From Phoronis australis (Eukaryota > Animalia > Phoronida), in the NCBI GenBank assembly GCA_002633005.1, contig NMRA01000024.1, positions 575,803 to 639,802 of the forward strand: a DNA stretch of 64,000 bases, in the 5' to 3' direction. Below the pieces are notes generated by a model. It searched no databases, was not told where the DNA came from, and was given only the letters and a program-made list of their open reading frames with translations. Positions 22,283 through 33,400 of the stretch are shown here, one piece after another. Each line of letters starts with the position of its first letter. Position 1 is the stretch's first letter. A program made the position numbers and the translations under genes.

Positions 22283-25200
22283 ATGGCAGTACCCATTAGG
22301 GTATTAGCAGACTTGATGGTCTTTCTAATGGCGTTTATATCAGCGTTTGTGAATATTATCAAGCGACATATACTATCAATCACAGAGAATCTCTTAGACA
22401 TCACAACAGCAATAATTTCCGTCATGCTGGGAGATTTTGAAGATGATGACTTGAGCGAGGAATATGAAGATTCAGGTATTACTTTGACTAAAGTAGATGA
22501 AAACGGACAGACAGTAACTGTTCACTATGACTATATTGAAGACATTCTCGACGACATCCCAGAAACACCACACGGGCATCAGGAAAATACAGCAGCTGCG
22601 ACCATCAATTCAGAAACAAATCCCAACAAATGTATTATTCTTCCTACTGCTGCAGTAGGTAGACAAAGCGCATTGCATCAGAAGAACAACTTCAAGGAAA
22701 ATAGTGAAATTGCCAACGAGGTTGGCACCATGCAACTGCAGGCAAAATGTAAAGAGAGAACAGAAGGTATACCTGAAGTTCAAGGTATGGAATGCATTTC
22801 TGACGCAACTGCTAACGGAGAAACATGCATACTTGATACCACCGAGAGCAAGAGCGGACGCCTTGCCGATTTTACCGATGAAATGGACAGGTATGTAAAT
22901 GACATTGAAAATAGCACTGTTGGACGTCTGATAAATGGCGCAAGTGGCGACAAAGGAAACGAACAAGCTGTTCTCAATGTAAATGACAGAAACAATGCTC
23001 ATGATGAAAATGATAAAGACAAGTGTGACGATCCATGTAATGAGGGTGATCTTAGACCTGGTATTATACATGAAAGAAGTGATCATGGGTCTGACGCTTC
23101 ATACGACAACCGTGGTTCTATACATGAGGCAGCATGTGATAATGGTTACCCTGAGCATAATACTTCGAAAGGAAATGGTGGTCCATGGCATGATACTCCA
23201 TATCGAAAGGGTGATCTTCACAATGATACTCAGTATAGAAAAGGTGATCATGACAACAATATTTTACATAAACATGGTGTGACCCAGCAAGATACTCCGT
23301 ATGGGAAGGGTGATCCAGACAATGGCGTTCCATATGAAGACGGTGATCCTCAGGAAGATACTCCGTATGGAAATGTTGTCCCAGAGCATAATGCGTATGA
23401 AAATTATGATCCTCTGAAGGATACTGCTCGTGGAAAAGGTGATCCAAGACATGATACTTCATGTGAAAATGGTGATGCAGGAAATGATACTCCGTATGGA
23501 GATGATAATACAGGGCATGATACCTTGTATCGAGATGGTCACCCAGTGTGTCAGAATTCAAATTTGAATATGGCACTGAAAGTACCCATTAGGGTAATAG
23601 CAGACTTGATGATCTTTTTAATGGCGTTTGTGAATGGTATCAAGTCACATATATTAGCATTCACAGAGAACCTGTTGGACATTACAACAGCAGTAATTTC
23701 CGTCATGCTGGGAGATTTTGAAGATGATGACTTGAGTGAGGAAAACGAAGATTCAAGCATCACTTTGACTAAAGTAGATGAAAACGGACAGACCATAACT
23801 GTTCACTATGAATATGTTGAAGACATTCTCGACGACATCCCAGAAATACCACAGGATCACCAGGAAACTACAGCAGCTGCAATCATCAATTCAGAAACAA
23901 ATCCCAAACCATGTATTCTTCCTACTGCTACAGTGGATAGCAAAAGTGCATTGAATCAAGAGAACAACTTTAATGAAAACAGTGAAATTGCCAACGAGGT
24001 TGGCACTATGCAACTGCAGGCAAAATATAAAGAGAAAACAGAAGGTACACTTGTAGTTCAAGGACTGGAGCACATTGCTGACTCGACTGCTAACAGAGAA
24101 AGATGCATACTTGATATCACCGAGGGCACGAACGGCCGCCTTACTGATGTTACCGATGGAATGGACATATACGCACGTGACATTAAAAATGTGAATGTTG
24201 GACGAGTGATAAATGGCTCAGGTGGCGACGAAAGAAACGAACAAGCTATACTCAATATAAATGACAGAAACAATGCTCATGGTGAAAATGATGAAGACAA
24301 AGGTGACGATCCATGTAATGAGGGTGATCTTAGACCTGGTATTATACATGAAAGAAGTGATCATGGGTCCGACGCTTCATACGACAACCGTGGTTCTATA
24401 CATGAGGCACCGTGTGATAATGGTGACCCTGACCATAATACTTCGGAAAGAAATCGTGGTCCATGGCATGATACTCCGTATCGAAAGGGCGATAGTTACA
24501 ATGATAGTCAGTATAGAAATGGTGATCCCGACAACGACATTTCATGTGAAAACGGTGAGACCCAGCAAGATACTGGGTATGAAAATATTGTCCCTGAACA
24601 TGACACTGCGTTTGAATATGGTGACCCAGTAAGGGATACTGCGCTTGGAAGAGATGATCCAAGACTTGATACATCATGTGGAAATGGTGACACAGTAATT
24701 GATATTCCGTATGGAGACGGTGATCCAGGACATGATACCCTGTATGGAGATGGTAATCTAGGGTGTCAAAATTCAAATTTGAATATGGCACTGAAAGTAC
24801 CCATTAGGGTATTAGACTTGATGATCTTTTTAATGGCGTACATAACAGCGTTTGTGAATATTATCAAGCGACATGTAGTACAATTCACAGAGAACCTCTC
24901 GGACATTACAACAGCAATAATTTCCGTCATGCTGGGAGATTTTGAAGATGATGACTTGAGTGAGGAATGCGAAGATTCAAGTATCACTTTGACTAAAGTA
25001 GATGAAAACGGACAGACCATAACTGTTCACTATGAATATATTGAAGACATTCTCGACAACATCCCAGAAACACCACGTGGGCATCAGGGAACTACAGCAG
25101 CGGCCGCCACGAGCATAGAGTCAGACACAAAGCTCAAACCATGTCTTCTTCCTAGTACTACTACTGAAGATAACAAAAGCACACTGAATCAGAAGAACGA

Positions 25201-26344
25201 CTTCAATGAAAACATTGAAATTGCCAATAAGGTTGGCGCGATGCAACTGCAGGCAAAATGTAAAGAGAAATCAGAAGGTATATTTGCAGTTCAAGGACTG
25301 GAGCACATTGCTGACGCGACTGCTACAGGAGAAAGATGCGTACTTGATGCCACCGAAGGCAAGAACGGACGCCTAGCTGATGTTACCGATGAATGGGATA
25401 TGTACGTTGGTGGCGTTAAAAATAGCAATGTTGGACGAGTGATAAATGGTGCAGTTGGCGACGAAGGAAACGAACAGACTGTTCTTATAGTAAATGACGG
25501 AAACGACGCTCATGATGAAAATGTCGATGACAATCGTGATGACCCATGTAATGAGAGTGATCCCAGACCTGGCATTACATATGAAAAAAGCGATCATGGG
25601 TCCGGCGCCTCACATGACAAGCGTGATTCTATTCATGAGGCAGCATGTGATAATGGTGACCCTGAGCATAATTCTTCGAAAGGAAATGATGGTCCATGCC
25701 ATGATACTCTGTATCGAAAGGGCGGTCTTCACAATGATACTCTGTATAGAAATGGTGACACTGACAACGATATTCCATATAAAAACGGTAATCAACAGCA
25801 AGATACTCCGTATGGAAATGGTGATCCAGGAAATGATACTCCGTATCAAGATGGTGATCCAGGACGTGATACTTCAGATGGAAATGGTTTTGAAGGGCAT
25901 CATACTCAGTATGGAAATCTTGATCCAGAGCATGGTGTCCAATATGAAACTGGTTATCCTTGCCATACTCCTTATGGAAGTGGTAATTCTAATCGTGATA
26001 CCTCAGGTGGAAACTGTGATCCAGGATATTATACTGCATATGGAAATTGTGTCCCTGAGCATGATGACAACAACGGACTTGTAACTGACGTTATCAATGG
26101 AGACATTGTCGATGCTTCTTATGGCAACGAGGGAGGTGTCGATGACCTTACTGGTGACAGAGGCCACCTCACTTCTGTCAATAATGAAAGCGTTAGTGTG
26201 AGAAAAGAATATACTGATGACGATCACGGATATCTGAAACAAAAGAAAAATCGTAAGAATAAGTCTCCGTCACGAACAAACGACGAGAAAAGATTATCCT
26301 GGTGGCGACGCCTTTTGTGTTGCGCCCCCTCACCAGAGGACTGA
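22283..26344 (+). CDS. Intronless acidic orphan protein (1353 aa from ATG 22283): three tandem ~405-430-aa units, each a hydrophobic N-segment, acidic linker and 11-aa HDTPYGNGDPG-type repeats; basic / WWRRLLCC C-terminus
   Basis: 4-kb uninterrupted ORF in AT-rich DNA; indels between units preserve frame; AATAAA at 26368. Confidence 0.85.
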   Translation: MAVPIRVLADLMVFLMAFISAFVNIIKRHILSITENLLDITTAIISVMLGDFEDDDLSEEYEDSGITLTKVDENGQTVTVHYDYIEDILDDIPETPHGHQENTAAATINSETNPNKCIILPTAAVGRQSALHQKNNFKENSEIANEVGTMQLQAKCKERTEGIPEVQGMECISDATANGETCILDTTESKSGRLADFTDEMDRYVNDIENSTVGRLINGASGDKGNEQAVLNVNDRNNAHDENDKDKCDDPCNEGDLRPGIIHERSDHGSDASYDNRGSIHEAACDNGYPEHNTSKGNGGPWHDTPYRKGDLHNDTQYRKGDHDNNILHKHGVTQQDTPYGKGDPDNGVPYEDGDPQEDTPYGNVVPEHNAYENYDPLKDTARGKGDPRHDTSCENGDAGNDTPYGDDNTGHDTLYRDGHPVCQNSNLNMALKVPIRVIADLMIFLMAFVNGIKSHILAFTENLLDITTAVISVMLGDFEDDDLSEENEDSSITLTKVDENGQTITVHYEYVEDILDDIPEIPQDHQETTAAAIINSETNPKPCILPTATVDSKSALNQENNFNENSEIANEVGTMQLQAKYKEKTEGTLVVQGLEHIADSTANRERCILDITEGTNGRLTDVTDGMDIYARDIKNVNVGRVINGSGGDERNEQAILNINDRNNAHGENDEDKGDDPCNEGDLRPGIIHERSDHGSDASYDNRGSIHEAPCDNGDPDHNTSERNRGPWHDTPYRKGDSYNDSQYRNGDPDNDISCENGETQQDTGYENIVPEHDTAFEYGDPVRDTALGRDDPRLDTSCGNGDTVIDIPYGDGDPGHDTLYGDGNLGCQNSNLNMALKVPIRVLDLMIFLMAYITAFVNIIKRHVVQFTENLSDITTAIISVMLGDFEDDDLSEECEDSSITLTKVDENGQTITVHYEYIEDILDNIPETPRGHQGTTAAAATSIESDTKLKPCLLPSTTTEDNKSTLNQKNDFNENIEIANKVGAMQLQAKCKEKSEGIFAVQGLEHIADATATGERCVLDATEGKNGRLADVTDEWDMYVGGVKNSNVGRVINGAVGDEGNEQTVLIVNDGNDAHDENVDDNRDDPCNESDPRPGITYEKSDHGSGASHDKRDSIHEAACDNGDPEHNSSKGNDGPCHDTLYRKGGLHNDTLYRNGDTDNDIPYKNGNQQQDTPYGNGDPGNDTPYQDGDPGRDTSDGNGFEGHHTQYGNLDPEHGVQYETGYPCHTPYGSGNSNRDTSGGNCDPGYYTAYGNCVPEHDDNNGLVTDVINGDIVDASYGNEGGVDDLTGDRGHLTSVNNESVSVRKEYTDDDHGYLKQKKNRKNKSPSRTNDEKRLSWWRRLLCCAPSPED

Positions 26345-27417
26345 GAGTTCACTTGGGACTCTGCTACAATAAAGCACCGGTTGGGGGAATAATTATTCTA
26401 ATTTATGTGCCGTGGAGTACTTGCAGAACTTTTACATTTTGAAGTGTATTTCTGTGTATTATAAGCAATACAAGTATTTTGCGGCTATTTGGCTTTACGT
26501 TGTTTGAAATCATATTTCGCCTGGTGTTGTCTCCTGTTCGCCTGGTAAAGACACTTTGTGTGGAGGTAACCGTATTTTGCCGCATGACTGGCTCTCTCAA
26601 CCAAATTTTGTGCGTCATAGCCTTTAACGTTGACATAAATTGAGACTGCAGAACGGTCAAACTCAGGAAGGGGTTTCTAAAAACTGCCGCTCTCTCACAC
26701 CGTCTCCAGAGAGTGATGCCCTTTGTGATATTGCCTCGGGCCAGCCTCCGGCTCTGATGCGTGCAAGGATTCACCATTATGATTCTGCAATGATTCATTC
26801 AATAAATGTTTGAATTCCTCGACAGGTAAACAAGTTTCCAATGGACAACTAGAATATAAGTCACAATTTCCTCCCAAATCTTCAGAATATGGAGTTAAAA
26901 ACGACACCAAACCTATTTGATTCCGTGTGAAATCGGCATACCCACCAGATTTAAAATCTGCCCCCGCACCTGCACCGTGGTTCTGTCCAAGATTTAATAA
27001 AATAAGTTAAAAAAATTGTAATCAATGAACTTGGACTCATTTGGAAGAGAGTTTCAGAGTTTAGTGCCGTACACTGATAAATAGTTTAAACCGTGGCGCA
27101 CTGTTCGACATTGTTTTACACATAGCACAGATTTATTGCGCAGATTATAATGAGACGCTTTTTCCTCATAGAGGTACCGCAGAATTAGACTTTGAGAGCA
27201 ATTTTCCATCATAAATCTACAAGATTATTAATAGTGTAAACTTCGTTTTTTGAAAACTTCCTGGAAATACGGCTTTATTCAATTTTTAAAGGGACTTTTT
27301 GCACTCGCCGCCTGATTTGCTATTCGCATTGGGATGATTACTGTGTACTGGCTGACAACAGATGACGCTCCCGACTGCAAAACGCCATTTTTGTCTGACA
27401 ACAAGTATTCCGTCATC

Positions 27418-27446
27418 ATGGACTTAGGCGATTCCACTCGTCAAAG
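27418..27446 (+). CDS. Zinc-finger gene, probable first coding exon (MDLGDSTRQS)
   Basis: atcATGg start, AAG/gtactt donor; phase 2 matches the next exon; CpG-richer upstream region. Confidence 0.6.
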
Positions 27447-30400
27447 GTACTTGGCGCACAATCCTCTAATGGACTACCTGTCTGTGGTTTTTCAGCTCTG
27501 TGTCAGATTAATATATGACTTAAATTTTAATTGTTTGCTCTTAATTTGTTAATATCCTATGTCATAAAATTATGTCAACCGAGGCGAGGGGCTACGTGTT
27601 GCCTCAGTAGTCGCATGATCAGCGAAAGCAGCAAGGCTTCGTGGCCTTTTTGTTCTTCTGTTTCATTTGATAACTGTGACAGTATCAATTTCTTGCTCGT
27701 TTTAATGTTGTATTCCTACAGGTTCACTAGCTAGGCTTCTAGAAGTACTCACCAGTTAAACCACAGAGCTCTACTGCAGCTTGACTCGTCCTCAGCTTCT
27801 GATCGTCCCCAATACACTATGTACTACAAGATATGACACTCCAGACTAGAAATTCGACGGGTGCTTCACTTCAGCTGTCCAAGTCAAACACAAAACTCAA
27901 TAAATTTACACAAAACGGGTTCAACAAACCGTGAGGAATTGTTCTTTCTCCCAACCATTTATGGTGCCCTGCTTCACCCAGCCTTGCAAGAAATTCGCGG
28001 TCAAAGCACAAAAATCTTCCCAAAAAGCCGCTGTGTACTATCAATATGTTCACGCGAGTCAAATAGAGTACGGAATAATCCGATGAGTTACGAAGGACGG
28101 CAATTGCTGGTTCATCACGGAAGGTTATGAAATGGTCTGGCTCAGTGTGGAGTTATTCATGTCGTGACCTTGCGTGACAAACCGGGAATTTCAGTGTAGC
28201 ATACTAGTATTGATAGTATACAGTGACTGTTTGGGAAGATTTTTGTGCTTTGACCGCGAATTTGTTGCGAACTTGGTAGAGCAGGACATCGAAAATGGTA
28301 TTGGGAGAAAGAACAATTCCTCATGTTTTTTTAAACCCCTGTTTTGTGTAAATTTATTGAGTTTTGTGTTTGCTATGGACGGCTGAAGCACCTGTGGAAT
28401 TTGTTGTGCGGAGTGTCATACCTTGTATTATTCTATGTAGTGTATTGGGGATGGTCAAAAGCTAAGAACGCCTGTGGCTTGATTAAAACCCAATCGAGGT
28501 GCTCGTTCCTGATTCATGGCCAACAGTCTCCCGCCTGCAATATAAATAAAACAAACATCCAGGGAACTGAGAAATCACAAGATACCATAGAAGGATAAAG
28601 AATAAATGATGCTGACGATTACAACATTATCTCCTGCAGGTTATCTGGTATCAGATTGCAATGCAAAATCACACTGTCGTTGATTGTACCATACTAGTGG
28701 TGCCCTCTGCCCATGCTGCATGGAATTATTCATCAGATTGTCCATCATTCCACCTTAGTTGCATACTAGTAGTCTGCATAATCTTCTGATGCAGTCAGTT
28801 AGGTCACCTCCTGTTGGCACCTGTTTTGACTCTAAAATCTGGTGCTGCGTCTGTGGTGAGTCAACAGTGACGGGCCAAGTCACTACGCATCACGGCATCA
28901 GAGGATATCTTCCAGTTGAGCTGCTCTTTTCTCCACCACAACCAGCATGCTGCCTGCTCAATGAATCGATGCCTTCACACAGTGGACACTTTGCTTTCTC
29001 TGTCACACCCCATCTGAACAAGTTAGACGATATTGGTAAAAGGTCGTACACCGACCTAAGCGAAAACTGTATTCTGAATGGTTCCATTCTCCATAGTTCA
29101 GACTACATTAACTTCCTAGTGTATGTCTCCCACTTTGTCCAGGTGGCCTGTCAAAGCTGGAGACATTCCTGTATTTGAATGGTGTTGATTGGGTGACACT
29201 TTTTGGCTAACACATGGTCTTTAAGCATAACTCAGTAACAGAAACAGACTTGTTGTAGCTAATGCTGCTTGAGCCTCCACAGTCACACGTTTTAACCATC
29301 GTAATTGTTCATGTGTGTCTCACGTCGACCAATCGGAGTTGTCTATTCATGATGGCTTTTTGTGCAATTATACTACGCATTGCTGGAGGTTTGTTTATCA
29401 TATGTGTGACTTCTCAAATCAGAATTTAAGAACGTTTAACCTTGAGGTCATCGTTTTACCATGCTTCTTATTTTTCATTTAAAGCCATAAAGAAAAATCA
29501 GAAGCAAGCAAGTTGGCTATTTCAGCAGAGGTGGTGAGGTCCTTGCCCAGGTCATTTGGCCGAAAATCAGGGGACGATTACTGTGACGTTTGCTGTATTG
29601 AGCTGACCTCCAAAGTCCAGTTTGACCAACACATGAGTGGCAAAACGCATGCGAAACGAGTAAAGGCATTGCAAAGAATCAAAACTCTATCGGAGTTAGG
29701 TGTTCGTCGAGAATTATCAACTAGTATGTAATACTAGTCTTAGTAGTCCTCCTAAAGCCTTTCAGTGAAACTATGTTACTAGCTTTGAGAATGCTTTCGT
29801 GGTTTTGAAGAGGTGACAAATTCTGTTAGAAGTTGACTTTTTCCATTGACATGTTGTGGTGGAAATTGTTTTGAAAATCAAAGAAAGAAAGTACGGTAAT
29901 TTAGTTTCACTATTTTCCTTAACCTGTTTTTATGCGCCCACATATTTATATGTGGGTGTATATTGCCGTCATCTCTGTCTGGGTGTCTGGGCGTCAGCAG
30001 CTGTATCTCCTAAACCCCTTGCAGGATCGTATTGAAATTTGGCAGGTGTGTTCCAGTGGGATTGGCGACAGAGGGAGTCGAGTTTCGGACCGACCCGAAT
30101 ACCACTGTGCCCCCTAGTGGCAATTTTAGCTTTTTACGTCTGCCTCAGTATCTTCAAAGGTCCTCAACTGATTTTCATGAAATTTGGCACTTGGCATGTG
30201 TTAATAAGGTGGCACTATTCTTTCATTTTCGGATGGATTCGAGGCAGTTTGTGCCATCTAGTGGCTATTTTTACTATTTTCAAGTCCGTTTTTTGGTGTC
30301 CGCCCCTCTATCAACCAAAGCACTCAAATGATGATTGTGAAAATTGGCGTGTAGGTTTTTGCTATGAAGAGAATAATTGATGATTTTCCGACGACTTTAA

Positions 30401-33400
30401 CTACTGTGGCGCCTCCTAGTGGCATCTTTGTTTTTTTTTGCGCGTATGGCTGCATCTCCTAAACCAGTAGCGGGATCTTTGCATAATTTAGGAAGTGTAT
30501 TTATATGATTTTGACAACATATGACAACGGCGTTTGGACGAATCTGACTACCGGTGTGCCCCCTATTGGCAATTTTAGACACTATTCTCTTGTTTACGGA
30601 TGGATCTGACATAATTTGCGCCACCTAGTGGCCATTTTTACTGTTTTCGAGTCTGTTGTTTGGCGTCAACCCCTCTATCAACCAAACCACTGTATAGATG
30701 ATTGTGAAAATTGGCATGTACTTACTACAAAGAGGGCGGCTCATGATGATTTTCTGACGACTTCGACTAATGTGTCATCTCCTAGTGGCAGTTTGTTTTT
30801 TGCGCCTAAACCGTTTGCAGGATCTTTACTAAATTTAGCAGGTGCATTTATTTGATGTCGACAACAAGTGACGACAACTTTCAGACGAACCTGTCTACTG
30901 GTGTGCCCCCTTGTGGAAATTTTAGTGTTTTAGGTTTACCTCTGTATCTTCAAAAGTCATCAACGGATTTTCAGAAAATTTGGAATATATATATGATCCT
31001 ATCCTCCCATTTTTGGATGGAATCGAGGTACTTTCAGCCACCTAGTGACCATTTTTGTTGTTTTCAAGTCTGTTTTTTGGCATCCACCCCTCGATCAACC
31101 AAACCATTATAAGGATGATTTTGAAAATTGGCATATATGTTCTCAGTGTGAAGAGGACGGTTGACGATAACAACTACTATGGCGTCTTATAGTGGTAGTT
31201 TTGTTTTTCGCCCATAGCTGCATCTCCTAAACACAGTGCATGATGTTTATTAAATTTAGTAATTGTATTTATATGAAGCTAACAACAGATGACGACGTCT
31301 TTCAGGCGGATCCAACTAATGCTAACCCCAGAAGCACACCATTTGCGGTGCATTTGTGGGTGCATTTCAACGCTCCACGTCACAGTGAGGAGTTTTGAGT
31401 TATGCGTTGTTAAAGTTTGGTTTTCTCACGTCAATTAAAGTTTGAAAAACCCACTCAAGGTTTTCAACTTTTGGGCGATGAATAATTTTTTAACCAAGTT
31501 AGGATATTTTGGATGTTTGGCACTAGTTCACTGCAGTTTTTCCTAGATAAAAGTTTAGTTCAAACTTTCATAGACTTTGGAACATGTTTCATGAATTCTT
31601 TAATTTGCATCGAAAACACTGAGAGTAATTACAGATTCTGTAAATTTTCCTTAATGATTGCTGTGAATTACTGTTGAATTTCGTACATAAGGGTATTCAT
31701 CATTTTTGAAAACTAGTGTCAGAATTAGGTGATAGAGAGTGGCATTCATTCAGGTTAAATACTTAGTGTGTATACTTGGAACTCATTTTCTCAACTGCCA
31801 TTTTAGATGAGAAATCAAGCGACGACCCGGTTGGGGATGCCGTGAAAAATAATGCTGAAGGTACATTGCCATTGAAGAAAAGTATATTGGAGATCCCATG
31901 CGAAATCTGTGGGATGATCTTTAACCATGAAAGAATGGCCAGGGACCACTTTGAGTCAAATAAGCACCTCAAGAAACTTGCTCAGGTCTCAGAGTTCAAA
32001 CTAGGCGTAGACGTAGTAGGTAAGAAAAAACTCATCGGTGGTATTCCTTGTTACTTAGAGAAGGGACGTTGGTTTGTTTTTATTTTGCGCTCACATCTGG
32101 GTGCTTATTGTTGTCGTCTTTGTGCAGGCTTCTGGCGTTCGCCCCCTACATCCCAATCAACAACATTATGGGTTGTGTTACCGTATTTGACCTAATAAGC
32201 ATCCGTGCCCCTATAAGCGCCCCCACGCATTTTCAGACTTTGCATAAATAAGCGCAAGAATATACCCAGGTTTCAAAACCCTGCTCGCCAGCTGGGCGAG
32301 TGAGCCAGAAAATCTACTCGCCCAGCCCGAAATTCAGTCGCCCGGCCGCTTTCGTCTGTCACCACAAACTTGCTACCAGTGTAAATAAAAATCATCGTTT
32401 CGTGCGCTTATGTCACCATCAATTAGGGCTACCGTATTCACCCTAGTAAGCGCTCAGGGTGCTTAGAAAAAATCCTTTCGGAAGGGGGGGGCGCTTGTTG
32501 TAGCCTAAGGCGGTTGAAACCCGGTCCTCCGAAACGAGTGAAATCAGAAGCTAGAATTCATCAAATTTACGTGACGTATCTGTAACCAATGACAGACTTT
32601 CTACAAAACTGTAGTGCATTGCTATTAAACTTTGTTGTTGAATTACAATGTTTTAAAAAAAATGTGCTGAACTTACAGGGCGAAAACTTGCAGACTGATG
32701 CATTTCTGCCTCGCAATCGTCGATAGGTCAAATTCTTGAGTAAAAATACAGTTTCGACTAAACAAATTGTCTGAAATCCTCCTTAAGTTTTCCAAATAGC
32801 TTCCTTAAAGGAGAATGCCACCTGATTTAAATAGTCTTTTTACCGTCTTAATCGGTATATATCCACATCACCTCGCATACGGTCGACCTTACCTTGCTGA
32901 GAGGTGTCGGTTAACCAGTGAGGAAGGTGAGAAACGACACAGCGATGTCAGTGGTTCATTTGCAGAGTGAATGCCGCTATGTTTCGGTGCATCGTTCCCG
33001 CTCGTCTGAACCGTATGCAGCTGCGAGGAATAATATAATATAAAAAATAATTACAGGCGGTCTGATACACGTTGTACCAGACGTGCGTAGGCCTCGCATG
33101 TGGGCCCATTGCACTGATCACCTGGAAATATTTTTATGCTTTATTAATATATGGTTAAAACCGAGCTGAGGAGCTAGAAATCTGTCTCAAGGGTTTAGCA
33201 GTGTGACCTGGTGGGACTCGAACCCACGACCTCGAGTAAAGAAAGTGGGCACTTATCAACCAGATCACACTGTCTCCTCTGCGAGGAAAGTGGGTATATC
33301 ATTTTTTCGACTTCCTCGAAAATCCGAAATGCTTAGGAAGTGGCTCGTGGTAGTGAAGAATGAAAAGTATGCTGTAAATAGCAAGTATGAGGCTTTGAAA

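Noticed and set aside
22610-26242. Many alternative-frame and antisense ORFs within the long ORF
   Set aside because: Expected by-products of biased GAT/GGT/AAT codon repeats
33200-33275. tRNA-like sequence on the minus strand
   Set aside because: It is the head of a SINE with an unrelated body, AT-rich tail and 10-bp TSD; I could not fold a clean cloverleaf
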